NCBI GenBank assembly: GCA_964016885.1 | Contig: OZ024741.1 | Span: 221,092,001 to 221,156,000 of the forward strand | Direction of reading: 5' to 3' | DNA length: 64,000 bases | Origin: Eledone cirrhosa | Lineage: Eukaryota | In this document: positions 49,226-62,826 of the stretch, one piece after another | Position numbering within the stretch: the first letter of the stretch is position 1 | Layout: the number at the start of each line of letters is the position of its first letter | Translations under genes and position numbers: made by a program | The notes under the pieces: generated by a model | What the model was told of the DNA's origin: nothing | What the model saw: the letters and a program-made list of their open reading frames with translations, nothing else | Databases searched by the model: none

Positions 49226-49907
49226 TACATACATACATACTATAGTATGTCTCGGCGAGGCATGGTGGCATGTTCTTACCAAAATTATATGTAATATTTT
49301 CCCGAACCGAACGTATGGTAGATATATATGCATGCAGACATGCATATATATCTAGTTGATGTGTAAATTCCAATGAGAGAGTCTTGTAACTATGGTAGAA
49401 ACCGACTCTCTCTCTATAGGTAAAAATTAGTGAAATCATACATACATACAATCACTATATCAAATCTTGACAAATATACATACATAGACAATGTCAATAT
49501 CTTACATATATACATACACATAACTTGACTATGCCAAAGTTTGACACACATACACATATGTCAAGCTCTTTGACACATATACATACACAGACATACTTAC
49601 ACACACGTATGTGTGTATATGTCTGCAGACACAAAGACATACACACAGAGTCGCCATGTCTATGGCATTCTTATATTTTCTTATATCTATCCTACTCTAG
49701 GATCCTCTCCTATTTTTCTCTCTCACGAACTCATTCTATCTTCTACCCCCTTACCCCCTCCCCCCTTACCCCCTCTCTTCCTCCTCTCTCTTCCCCCTCC
49801 TCCCCTCTCTCCTCCACTTCCGCCAAGCGTGAACCTAATATAATTGCTTATTTTTGCATTCCTGTATTTGTATTGTTTTGTTTCATTTATTAACTATATA
49901 TATATGT

Positions 49908-50068
49908 GAAGGCGCATGGCTTAGTGGTTAGAGCAATAGGCCTGCAATCGAAAGGTTGTGAGTTCAATTCTCGGACCGGGTGATGTGTTGTTTCCTTGAG
50001 CAAGACACTTTATTTCACGTTGCTCCAGTTTACTCAGCTGAAAATGAATGAGTACCAGCAATAGCTGG
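49908..50068 (+). mobile_element. tRNA-derived SINE of a second family (5' part)
   Basis: A-box tggcttagtggttag and B-box gagttcaattc, then ttccttgagcaagacactttatttcac..gaatgagtacc. Confidence 0.8.
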
Positions 50069-50250
50069 AGGTTTAAAATATACGGTAGTGTCCAATCCGT
50101 ATGAAGAACTCAATGTAATCCAAATATCATGAAAAGAGAAGATGCATTCAAAAATTTTTGATGAAAATCATAGGAAAATAGAGTCATGATAAATTAATAA
50201 AAACAATGAAATAAAAACAAAGAACAAGTTCCTTATATTAAAAAATTCAT

Positions 50251-50358
50251 CATTTTACAATCGTTTCTAGGATGTATATCTGTGTTGGTATGTATATCAT
50301 TACAAACTGTCAGAGGAAATATACATACCTTCACATATACATGCTGTCTTCAGAAATG
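50251..50358 (-). ncRNA. Type I hammerhead ribozyme motif with a long stem II, downstream of the Penelope GIY-YIG ORF
   Basis: Minus strand: CATTT-CTGAAGA-[ATGTATATGTGaaGGTATGTATAT..ATATACATACCaaCAC..ATATACAT]-GAAAC-GATT-GTA-AAATG. Confidence 0.8.
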
Positions 50359-50588
50359 ATGAGATTTGTATATTGAAAAAAACCAACAAAGATTTAATAT
50401 AAAAGGTCTGTTTGGGAACATGTTTTGAATTGTAGTTAGAGGTCAAGTTGATAGAATAGTAGTAGTAGAAATTTAATTTAGGGGTAGAGGAGTGCAGACT
50501 TATGTTTTGAATGAAAAGAATACTTTGAATGAAAAGAATACTTTGGGGATGAAAAGAGGTCAAGCCAGTGAAAGGTACACGAAAATTT

Positions 50589-50917
50589 GATGTTATTAAA
50601 GAATAATGTTAAAAACGAAGGAAAATAAAATTTTAGGGTAAGGGTATTAGTGAGAAATACCAATCTTATTTAAACCACAAGGAATCTAGATCTATAACAA
50701 GAAATTAAATTAATTGATAGGTATACTTATAGGGATAAATTTATATTAATTCATATGAATGTGATAAATAAGAATTAGATGTTATTAAAGAATGTTGTTA
50801 AAAACGAAGGAAAGTAAAATTTTGGGATAAGGGTAGTAGTGAGAAATACAAATCTTATTTAAACTACAAGGAATCTAGATTCATAACAGGAAATTAAATT
50901 AATTTATAGGTATACTT
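50589..50917. repeat. 189-bp tandem duplication inside the Penelope 3' region
   Basis: gatgttattaaagaa..aggaatctagat..aggtatactt occurs at 50589 and 50778. Confidence 0.85.
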
Positions 50918-51052
50918 TTAGGTATTAATTTTAGGAAAAGAGAGCTGTAAGAGGGAAATAAAATTATGAAGTTTTCTGTAGTAAAGTTATAGGTTAACTA
51001 AACTAAAAAAAACAATTATAATACCATGTCAAATATAAGTGTAAGGTGTATA

Positions 51053-51692
51053 TTAATTAGGTTTATAATATTTAAAGGTTCTTCTAATTCTATGATTGCA
51101 AGATATAATTAATTCCTGTGGCTTATTTAATGGGATATCCTTAGATTTCATGATTTCAAAAAGTTCCTGGGAGCATAATCTACACATGTATCTGTTATTT
51201 TGATAAGGGATGGCCCTTTTGAGCACACTCCAGGTCAGGTTGTAATCGATATTCTTCTTTCTATAATTATTAATTGTTTTAGCCAAGGATGTTGTATTAG
51301 CTAATGCGGCATTTTTAAAACTATGTTTGTGGGTATTAAATCTTACTTTAAATTGGTTAGATGTAGCTCCTATATATGAATAAGTGGAGTCCTTAGTGCT
51401 AATTTTACATTTATAGACTATGTTATTAATAAGACAATTTCCCTTTAATGGGCAATTTCTTTTGATTATACAGTTACAACCACTCGTGAATATTATATCA
51501 GGGGAGTTAGTCAAATTTGGTGTGGAATTTACTCGACTTGTTATAGGTGAAGGAGATGGTGGTTTGTTGCGGTTTATTTTAGTATTATGGTTGGTTTGAT
51601 GTGTTGGTGGTATATTTGTGGTTTTTTTACATTTATATGCGTTGTACGCACTTATATTTTGTTGTATATTTTTGGTAGTGGAGTAGGAAAAC

Positions 51693-51694
<2 letters not shown>
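51053..51694 (-). mobile_element. Penelope-like element ORF, C-terminal GIY-YIG endonuclease, 5'-truncated at (TA)n
   Basis: FSYS..NIQQNISAYN linker, CNC..CPL.GNCL..NIVY..YIGATSNQFKVRFNTHKHSF, C..LC..E and LNK..E..CNH, typical of PLE C-termini. The RT is absent. Confidence 0.88.
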
Positions 51695-51725
<31 letters not shown>

Positions 51726-51728
<3 letters not shown>

Positions 51729-51912
51729 GTTTCTACTATTGGCACAAGGCCAGCAATGACCCAGTGCATTACTGGTACTTTATTTTATCGACCCCGTAAG
51801 GATGAAAGGCAAAGTTAACCTCGGCGGGATTTGAACTCAGTCCGTAAAGGAACGTAACTAAGCTGCAAAGAATGGCGTCCGACCCTCTACCGATACTGCC
51901 AATTCACCGTCC
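51726..51912 (-). mobile_element. Full-length tRNA-derived SINE (family of 1794-1993)
   Basis: Reverse complement reads ggacggtgaattggcagtatcggtagag..gagttcaaatccc..cctttcatccttacggggtcgataaaataaagtaccag..gtagaaacaa. Confidence 0.88.
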
Positions 51913-52064
51913 AAATTATAGTATATATATATATATGATACATACATGATATATATACATGATATATATATATATATATAAAAGGTAAACAGAAATAACA
52001 ACACAATCAGTACAGTATATGGAAGGTATATATTAGGTTAACGCTTGATATAGCAGGAAGAGGG

Positions 52065-52100
52065 TCTTAACGTTTCGGACGCTAGTCCTTCATCAGAAGA
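52065..52100 (-). ncRNA. Minimal hammerhead ribozyme motif
   Basis: Minus strand: TCTT-CTGATGA-A-GGAC-tagc-GTCC-GAAAC-GTT-AAGA. Confidence 0.75.
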
Positions 52101-52915
52101 AAGAATGAGAAATAAAATAGATTGAGGGGACGGGCGGGATGGAATTGGAAAAAATGTCTTTAGATAAAATTAACAGGTCCATTCATGTTTACATCTCTTG
52201 CAAAACTGTTCGTGCTGGCGTTTTGTGTATGATTTATTTTTTAGAAAAGTGGATAATGGAGCGCCTCTACCTGAAATGAAAATAAAAGCTATTTTGAAAA
52301 AAGAGCTATATTTGAGCACCTGCATAAGCATGTGTTAGTGTGTGTATACATATAGTTCTATAAATTATAGTACCAGTTAAATACTAGGGTTCTATCTAAT
52401 CAACTTATCCCATCTCCCAAACTGTTGGCTTTGTACCTAAATTAGAAACCATTATTCTATTTATTTTATTTATTTTATTATTTTATTATTTCATTTATTC
52501 TGTTCGTTATTCATTCTATCAATCTTCCGTTCCAATTCCATTATTCTGTCCTACATTTTATTCTTTTATTCGGTTCTCTATGTTTTCTTCTTATTCAGTT
52601 CTTCCTATATTTTCCCATTCTTTTATTCATCCGTTCCTGTTATTTAATTATCTTTTAATCATTTATTCCTTCTTTTATTTTTAGTATTTTTTTTTGTTTG
52701 TATTTATTATTTTGTTTACCCTCTTATTCTGAATAAATGAAAGCATGAATAGGGAAACAGAAGACAGAAGTCCTATATATATATTAAGTTAAAGTGTACA
52801 TCTACATATGTATACGGAAGTATTAGTATGCATATAAATACACACATGTATACATCTGTACATGTACTCAGTTTTTCACTAGACACTTTACAGTGAGTGT
52901 CAGCTAGTCTGTTTG

Positions 52916-53042
<127 letters not shown>

Positions 53043-53061
53043 ATATATATATATGTGTGTG

Positions 53062-53114
<53 letters not shown>

Positions 53115-53117
53115 GTG

Positions 53118-53218
<101 letters not shown>

Positions 53219-53250
53219 GGGAGGTGTATATATATATATATATATGTATA

Positions 53251-53350
53251 CAGGATGTCCCAAAAATTGTATACAAAATTTTATTACTTGTACAAGCAAT
53301 ATTTATTGGACTGCTGTTGAAGTGAGTATACATTTTGAGGGGACGCCGTG
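53251..53350. mobile_element. Tc1/mariner-like MITE, ~100 bp
   Basis: Imperfect terminal inverted repeats CAGGATGTCCCAAAAATTGTATAC / GTATACATTTTGAGGGGACGCCGTG within TA-rich microsatellite. Confidence 0.6.
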
Positions 53351-53451
53351 TGTATACACACACACACACACACACACACATACATACAAACACACACGCA
53401 TATATATATATACACACACGCGCACACATATGTATATACATATACGCACAT

Positions 53452-53530
<79 letters not shown>

Positions 53531-53641
53531 CACACACACACATATGTACATACACACACACACATATATATACATACACACGCACACGCACATATATATG
53601 CATACACACATACATATATATATACATAAACACACATATAG

Positions 53642-53697
<56 letters not shown>

Positions 53698-53700
53698 CTA

Positions 53701-53739
<39 letters not shown>

Positions 53740-54149
53740 GTTCATTCGTTTATTCGTTCGCTCTATTCTGACAAATCTTTCACTCTTCCCTCACTTATTC
53801 TATTTTCCAATAATTTCTTCGTTCATTCAGTCGGCCATTGTATTCTCTCATACTCTCATTTGTTCGTTTATTCATTCTGTCATACTTCCGTGGTTTGTTC
53901 ACCTGATGATCGTTAAGCATTTTATTCCCCTCAGATTACATTAACCCCTTCTCCCTCGCCCATCCCCCTCACTGACAACTTCCCCACCACCGAACAAAGC
54001 ACACTCGTCTCTATGTAGTCACTCACTCGTCTTGCTGGAAATGTCTTATGTAGATAATGTAGTTCTAAGATATTTCTCTATCACCAAAAAAGAACAGGTG
54101 AGATGGTCGTGGCTGGAATGGGTTTGATTGTAGAAATGTCTGGTCAACA

Positions 54150-57100
54150 ACACAACCATCACCTTCACAATAACTAACACAACCACCACTATCACCACCA
54201 TAACTAACACAACCACCACCATCACCACCATAACTAACACAACTACCACCATAACTAACACAACCACCACCATCACCACCATAACTAACACAACCACCAC
54301 CATCACCACCATAACTAACGCAACCACCACCAACACTACCATAACTAACACAACCACCACCATCACCACCATAACTAACACAACCACTGCCATCACCACC
54401 ATAACTAACACAACCACCACCATCACCACCATAACTAACACAACCACCACCATCACCACCATAACTAACACAACCACCACCATCACCACCATAACTAACA
54501 CAACCACCACCAACACCACCATAACTAACACAACCACCACCATCACCACCATAACTAACACAACCACCACCATCACCACCATAACTAACACAACTACCAC
54601 CATAACTAACACAACCACCACCATCACCATAACTAACACAACCACCACCATCACCACCATAACTAACACAACCACCACCAACACCACCATAACTAACACA
54701 ACCACCACCATCACCACCATAACTAACACAACTACCACCATCACCACCATAACTAACACAACCACCACCATCACCACCATAACTAACACAACTACCACCA
54801 TAACTAACACAACCACCACCATCACCACCATAACTAACACAACCACCACCATCACCACCATAACTAACACAACCACCACCATCACCACCATAACTAACAC
54901 AACCACCACCAACACCACCATAACTAACACAACCACCACCATCACCACCATAACTAACACAACCACCACCATCACCACCATAACTAACACAACCACCACC
55001 ATCACCACCATAACTAACACAACCACCACCATCACCACCATAACTAACACAACCACCACCATCACCACCATAACTAACACAACCACCACCAACACCACCA
55101 TAACTAACACAACCACCACCATCACCACCATAACTAACACAACCACCACCATCACCACCATAACTAACACAACTACCACCATAACTAACACCACTACCAC
55201 CATAACTAACACAACCACCACCATAACTAACACAACCACCACCATCACCACCATAACTAACACAACCACCACCATCACCACCATAACTAACACAACCAAC
55301 ACCATCACCACCATAACTACCACAACCACCACCATCACCACCATAACTAACACAACCACCACCACCATAACTAACACAACCACCACCAACACCACCATAA
55401 CTAACACAACCACCACCATCACCACCATAACTAACACAACCAACACCATCACCACCATAACTAACACAACCACCACCATCACCACCATAACTACCACAAC
55501 CACCAACATCACCACCATAACTAACACAACCACCACCAACACCACCATAACTAACACAACCACCACCATCACCACTATAACTAACACAACCACCACCATC
55601 ACCACCATAACTAACACAACCATTGCCATCACCTCCATAACTAACACAACTACCACCATAACTAACACAACCACCACCATCACCACCATAACTAACACAA
55701 CCACCACCAACACCACCATAACTAACACAACCACCACCATCACCACCATAACTAACACAACCACCACCATCACCACCATAACTAACACAACCACCACCAA
55801 CACCACCATAACTAACACAACCACCACCATCACCACCATAACTAACACAATCACCACAATCACCACCATAACTAACACAACTACCACCATAACTAACACA
55901 ACCACCACCAACACCACCATAACTAACACAACCACCACCAACACCACCATAACTAACACAATCACCACAATCACCACCATAACTAACACAACTACCACCA
56001 TAACTAACACAACCACCACCATCACCACCATAACTAACACAACCACCACCATCACCACCATAACTAACACAACTACCACCATAACTAACACAACCACCAC
56101 CATCACCACCATAACTAACACAACCACCACCATCACCACCATAACTAACACAACCACCACCATCACCACCATAACTAACACAACTACCACCATAACTAAC
56201 ACAACCACCACCATCACCACCATAACTAACACAACCACCACCAACACCACCATAACTAACACAACCACCACCATCACCACCATAACTAACACAACCACCA
56301 CCATCACCACCATGACTAACACAACCACCACCAACACCACCATAACTAACACAACCACCACCATCACCACCATAACTAACACAACCACCACCATCACCAC
56401 CATAACTAACACAACTACCACCATAACTAACACAACCACCACCATCACCACCATAACTAACACAACCACCACCAACACCACCATAACTAACACAACCACC
56501 ACCATCACCACCATAACTAACACAACCACCACCATCACCACCATAACTAACACAACCACCACCATCACCACCATAACTAACACAACCACCACCTTCACCA
56601 CCATAACTAACACAACCACCACTATCACCACCATAACTAACACAACTACCACCATCACCACCATAACTAACACAACCACCACCATTACCACCATAACTAA
56701 CACAACCACCACCATCACCACCATAACTAACACAACCACCACCATCACCACCATAACTAACACCACTACCACCATAACTAACACAACCACCACCATAACT
56801 AACACAACCACCACCATCACCACCATAACTAACACAACCACCACCATCACCACCATAACTAACACAACCACCACCATCACCTCCATAACTACCACAACTA
56901 CCACCATCACCAATATAACTAACATAACCACCACCACCACCGCCATAACTACCACAACCACCACCACCACCGCCATAACTAACACAACCACCACCAACAC
57001 CACCATAACTAACACAACCACCACCAACACGACCATAACTAACACAACCTACACCATCACCACCATAACTAACACAACCACCACCATCACCACCATAACT

Positions 57101-57785
57101 AACACAACCACCACCAACACGACCATAACTAACACAACCACCACCATCACCACCATGACTAACACAACCACTGCCATCACCACCATAACTAACACAACCA
57201 CCACCATCACCACCATAACTAACACAACCACCACCATCACCACCATAACTAACACAACCACCACCATCACCACCATAACTAACACAACTACCACCATCAC
57301 CACCATAACTAACACAACCACCACCATCACCACCATAACTAACACAACTACCACCACCATAACTAACACAACTACCACCACCATAACTAACACAACCACT
57401 GCCATCACCACCATAACTAACACAACCACCGCCATCACCACCATAACTAACACAACCACCACCATCACCACCATAACTACCACAACTACCACCATCACCA
57501 ACATAACTAACACAACCACCACCATCACCACCATAACTACCACAACTACCACCATCACCAACATAACTAACACAACCACCACCATCACCACCATAACTAC
57601 CACAACTACCACCATCACCAACATAACTAACATAACCACCACCATCACCACCATAACTAACCCAACCACCACCTTCACCACCATAACTACCACAACTACC
57701 ACCATCACCAACATAACTAACATAACCACAACCATCACCACCATAACTAACACAACCACCACCACCACCACCACCACAACCATCA
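54150..57785. repeat. 3.6 kb minisatellite, 30-bp unit (caaccaccaccatcaccaccataactaaca) with 21/24/27-bp variants
   Basis: Direct reading of the sequence. Confidence 0.95.
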
Positions 57786-58031
57786 CTATGTAAACACATT
57801 ACAATGAAGAAATATATTGTTTTAACGTTTGGTATTGTAGGAATTTACGTTTTGGACACTCGTCATTTACCAGAAGATAAACTAAGAAATTAAAGAAGAA
57901 ATAGAAAGAGAGGAGAACATGTGTGTATGTGTGTGGGGGGGGGGGGGGGAGTGTTTTCTTAGGAAAAGATAAAGGAAAGAAGAGTGCTCTCGTACAGAGC
58001 TATTTAATTACATAACAACACAATATAATTA

Positions 58032-58102
58032 TTTCATTACCAAAGGTTTCAAGAAACTAGACGATTCTTGCAAGAAACATCTCGCTCGTTCGTCAGACAA
58101 AA
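58032..58102 (-). ncRNA. Type I hammerhead ribozyme motif with a closed hairpin stem III
   Basis: Minus strand: TTTTGT-CTGACGA-[GAGCgAGATGtTTCTT-gc-AAGAAtCGTCTaGTTT]-GAA-ACC-ttt-GGT-A-ATGAAA. Confidence 0.75.
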
Positions 58103-58107
58103 CAATT

Positions 58108-58170
<63 letters not shown>

Positions 58171-59888
58171 AAAGTATTATTTAAAATTGTTGGGTTACAA
58201 CGAGTAAATATTTTATAACTGATATAAAAGCACTCAACAAGTTTTGGAGGAGATATTCTGCGCGGAGGAGATATTCTTTATACTAAAATCTAAAAATTCC
58301 ATTAATTTACGGACCAATTTATTCAGTTGATGCAGACATAGATTGAACTCAACTTTTAAATATAAATATAAATTTAAAATGTAGTATATTTACTTAAGAT
58401 ATTTAATTATTTATGAAACCTGACGATAAATCTTTCGATTCCTTCAATTTTTTTAAACCTTCTTCATGAGTATATAATTAATGATGTAATTAAACTACCT
58501 TAAAATGGTGATGCTCCCAATCTATTGAATAAATTTTTAAGCTAGATAAACTTCTATAATAAATATAAGAGCATCTGTAGAATAACTGGGTATCCTAAAA
58601 ATGTTTTGAATGATTTCTGCTAAATAAGTTTTGTTGAATAATTTTGGTTTTGTTTGCTTTTGATTCTGATTGCTTCTAATGAACTTGACAATATATTGTC
58701 AAATAAATTGGAAGGGTTGATTTCTGTGGTTGATATGCGGGGCATACTGTGTTTTCTTACGGCCCTAGATACTCTGGGGAGTGAAATATTCTTGGCGTTT
58801 TTTAATATATTGATATCTGTTGTCTATTCTATGCTTGAACGATAATCATGTAAGTGAGGGCAAGAATATTATTATTAATATTAATGTATATTTTATGTAT
58901 ATATATATGTTTGTACATATATGTATGGTAGAATCCTTTGTAACGCAATGAAGATTTTCATGAGAAATAAGAATTTACAGAGCTGATCACGTAAACTCAC
59001 ATGTGTGTCTATAATGTCAACTTGAATTTGAGATAACCTTCTCTTTTTCTTTCTCTTTTTTCTTTTTCTTTTTCTTTTTTCATGAAAATACATATATACT
59101 TATGTATTTCAGTATTCTTTTGGAAGGTTTATCTCAGATTTTGATTATAAACCTAAGAATTTTTAAACTAAACATATGGTCATTATTTTTTCACACATTA
59201 TTGATATGTGTCTCATTCATGAATATTGATATTTACATTAGAATACCTAATTCATATGAATTGATAAACTGATGAAACATAATATTTTAAATATATCATC
59301 TTTCTTTCTGAATATATCTACTTCTTCTCCTCCTCCCTCTACACTTGACGGGATTTATGTATCGGCTGATTTAACTCTACCTCCGGTATCTCACCCCTCC
59401 CCTATCTCTCCCACCTCGTATAATAGATATTACTCGATCTACCTCTTTTCTCCCACCACCTATATCTCTCTCTACCTCTCTTTATTTATTTTTACTTTTT
59501 TACTTTTATTTCTCTCCGTATCCTTAACACTATAACTAAATAAATAAATAAATAAATAAATAATTACAGTACCCCCTTCCCTCCTAAATCTCTCATTTGT
59601 ACGTTATTCATCTGTGCCCCAGCTGCCTATCATTTTTCACCTCCTCAATATTTCTCTCTCCCATATCTCTCTCTCTATCTCGCTCTGTTGTTTTTCTTTA
59701 CATACATTTCTTCATTTTCTTCGTCTTCCTCTCTAACTGTCCTTAGCACTATACACTTTCTTTCTTTTTTCTCTTCGTCTTTCTTTCTAACTGTCCTTAA
59801 CATTTTCACTACCAAAACAACTTTTTAAATGGAAGTTGTAAAGTTTAAGGTATGTCAAATTTATTTATAAAACTGTTTATATATTGTA

Positions 59889-59950
59889 TTTTGTCTGAAG
59901 AGGGCATACCATATTTTTAATATGATATCCCTGAAATATATATAATGAAA
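59889..59950 (+). ncRNA. Type I hammerhead ribozyme motif at the end of a pyrimidine-rich Penelope-derived fragment (~59270-59990)
   Basis: TTTTGT-CTGAAGA-GGGcATAcCATATT-ttt-AATATGaTATcCCT-GAAA-TATATA-TA-ATGAAA. Confidence 0.82.
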
Positions 59951-59992
59951 TAAATATGGTTTTATAAATATAGTTTCCATTTGTTTAATATC

Positions 59993-60054
<62 letters not shown>

Positions 60055-60224
60055 CGGTACTCCAGCATGGCCTCAGGCGGATGGCTGGGGCAGTAAAAAG
60101 AGAAATTTAAAAAAAGAGTATATATATGCAGAAAATGAACGCAAACAACAATGCAAACAACACAGTAGAATGAAGATATATATATATATATATTCATTTA
60201 ATGCTTGATATATTAGGAAAAGGG

Positions 60225-60260
60225 TCTTTACGTTTCGGACACTAGTCCTTCATCAGATAA
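60225..60260 (-). ncRNA. Minimal hammerhead ribozyme motif (family of 52065)
   Basis: Minus strand: CTGATGA-A-GGAC-tagt-GTCC-GAAAC-GTA-AAGA. About 80 bp of flank is homologous to 52040-52120. Stem I is weak in this copy. Confidence 0.7.
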
Positions 60261-60444
60261 TAGAATGAAAAATAAAAGGTGAAATAGAAAGAGTGAGAGT
60301 GAGAAGATGAATGAACGGGGAAATAATATTTTTGGAGAAAAAGCACGTGTGTATTGAGTCAGCCATTTTGGAGGAGAACACTCATCCCACCTCCATCTCA
60401 GAAATTGTTGTCGTAGCATCAACTTTGAGAATTACTGGTATCTA

Positions 60445-60905
60445 TCTATCTAGGGCGGGTAAAATTTCCCAAGATCCATGGACGAGTTCTCTCCAGCGGT
60501 CTCTGTCCCTCATTATCGCTGCCATGTCCTGCGTCTCCAACAGACCAGTGTCTGTCCTTAGGACATCAACATATGTCAACCTTGGTTTTCCTCTTCCAGT
60601 GTGACCCTGCAGGGGCTCCACGGGAGCACTGTGTGCAATGTCAACTCTGGATGTCGGTGGGCATGTCCAGCTAACCTCAATCTCCTCTGTGTCACTCTCG
60701 AGCTGACTTTTGGGTTCTCCCGTACAGCTCTGAGTTTTTCATCCTCAGTGTATACTGATTAATGTTCAGAGTCACACTCAGCATTCTCGTGTAGCACCAA
60801 TCTACCATCTGAGTGAGTTTCTTGGTCAGTGTCCAAGTCTCAGACCCGTACAGCAGCACAGACTCCACTACAGCAACGAAGAGACGGATCTTCAGGTCTT
60901 TACTG
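60445..60905 (-). mobile_element. 3' fragment of an RTE-clade LINE (RT C-terminal region), decayed
   Basis: LKIRLFVAVVESVLLYGSETWTLTK..CYTRML, then RRLRLAGH.HRH and RGKPRLTYVDVLRTD..MRDRDRWRELV after frameshifts. Confidence 0.88.
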
Positions 60906-61029
60906 GTATAGTATAATGAAAACAAGGCACAATAGTATTAGTGAAGGTGATTGACGTGGGTGGAAATTGTGAATTGTTGAAGATTGGTAGACGTCTGTTG
61001 TGTATGTGTTTCTGTGTTCTATGTGTGTG

Positions 61030-61350
61030 TGAATGTGAATGTGTGTGTGTTTCTGTCTATGTTATATGTGTGTGTGAGTGTGAATGTGTTTCTGTCTATG
61101 TTATATGTGTGTGTGAGTGTGAATGTGTTTCTGTCTATGTTATATGTGTGTGTGTGAATGTGAATGTGTTTCTGTCTATGTTATATGTGTGTGTGAGTGT
61201 GAATGTGTTTCTGTCTATGTTATATGTGTGTGTGAGTGTGAATGTGTTTCTGTCTATGTTATATGTGTGTGTGAGTGTGAATGTGTTTCTGTCTATGTTA
61301 TATGTGTGTGTGTGAATGTGAGATGTGTTTCTGTCTATGTTATGTGTGTG
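61030..61350. repeat. 39-bp minisatellite, about 8 copies
   Basis: Unit tgaatgtgtttctgtctatgttatatgtgtgtgtgagtg. Confidence 0.9.
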
Positions 61351-61513
61351 TGAGTGTGTATGTGTTTGTGTCTATGTCAATATATATATATATATATATG
61401 AGTGTGTATGTGTCTGTGTCTGTGTCGATGTCAATATATATGTGATAGTGTGTATGTGTTTGTGTCGATGTCAATATATATATATATCTAGATATAGATA
61501 TAGATATATATAT

Positions 61514-61601
<88 letters not shown>

Positions 61602-61666
61602 CATTCCACTACACGGTACATAACACTGTGTCCTGGAAAACATTAATGCACTCGTGCATAACCAAT

Positions 61667-61698
<32 letters not shown>

Positions 61699-61709
61699 CA
61701 TAAATATAT

Positions 61710-61764
<55 letters not shown>

Positions 61765-61765
61765 T

Positions 61766-61839
<74 letters not shown>

Positions 61840-61908
61840 AATGAGTTAATTGGTTTGTTGATTAACATAACATAAAGATATGTCACTATCTGTAAACCAA
61901 TTATTGTA

Positions 61909-61965
61909 TTTTACCTGACGAAAGCGTACTAAAATATTGGTACCCTTGAAATACGTATAATAAAA
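61909..61965 (+). ncRNA. Type I hammerhead ribozyme motif in a ~170 bp insert between (TA)n tracts
   Basis: TTTTAc-CTGACGA-AAGcGTACTAA-aata-TTGGTACcCTT-GAAA-TACGTA-TA-ATAAAA. The downstream taaatatggttttataaa..tttccattt is shared with 59950-59982. Confidence 0.82.
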
Positions 61966-61998
61966 TAAATATGGTTTTATAAAGATATTTTCCATTTA

Positions 61999-62057
<59 letters not shown>

Positions 62058-62222
62058 TGTGTATATGTGTTGATACATTATCTGTCTGTATGTCTCACTC
62101 GATCTATCTGTCTAGCTAAGTCTATCAGTCTAATATATCCATCTCTATACCTACCACCCTACAATGTGTAATATGTTGACAGTTTAGTTCTGTATTGCTC
62201 TATCTATTGATTCCACCGTCTG

Positions 62223-62271
<49 letters not shown>

Positions 62272-62586
62272 AGCAAGTTTTATGAAAGGTGGGTGAAAGT
62301 GGCGAGAATGGCCCGAGTGAATGGGCCTTCTCTCTATATCAGCCTGTAGATTGAGGAAAAGGAGGAGGAGAGGAAAGGAGTACAAGCTCTTCGTACTCCT
62401 GGAGATGAGGGTTGCACATTTTTTCGGGGGTATGTGTTACCCATATAAACTGGCTCCCTCTATTGGGGAAAATCGACTAACTTTTAAATTCCATCTGTGA
62501 TAACATTTTACACGTTTTTATTGTATGTAAACTTCCCCCTTTGTATTTGTCCCCTTCTTTTGTGCCCCTGTGGCTAATAAAGAAAT
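62272..62586 (+). mobile_element. 5'-truncated Tx1/L1-clade LINE end flanked by (TATC)n on both sides
   Basis: SKFYERWVKVARMARV, then a 3'UTR whose last ~105 bp is nearly identical to the reverse complement of 11840-11950. Confidence 0.8.
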
Positions 62587-62683
62587 ATATCTATCTATCT
62601 ATCTATTTATCTATCTATTTATCTATCTATCTACATTTCTGAAAAGATTATTAATACGGCTTAATTCCTATGTACTTTAATAC

Positions 62684-62768
<85 letters not shown>

Positions 62769-62793
62769 TCTCTCTCTCTCTGCATATATATAT

Positions 62794-62826
<33 letters not shown>

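Noticed and set aside
49908-49985. tRNA-like sequence
   Set aside because: The cloverleaf is poor and it runs directly into a SINE body, so it is a SINE head rather than a tRNA gene.
58419-58450. CTGACGA at ~58420 (also CTGATGA near 53903 and 59269)
   Set aside because: No stem II followed by GAAA and no closing stem I, so these are not hammerheads.
58240-58860. AT-rich segment that might be a decayed Penelope coding region
   Set aside because: Manual translation of part of the minus strand gave stops and no recognisable motif.
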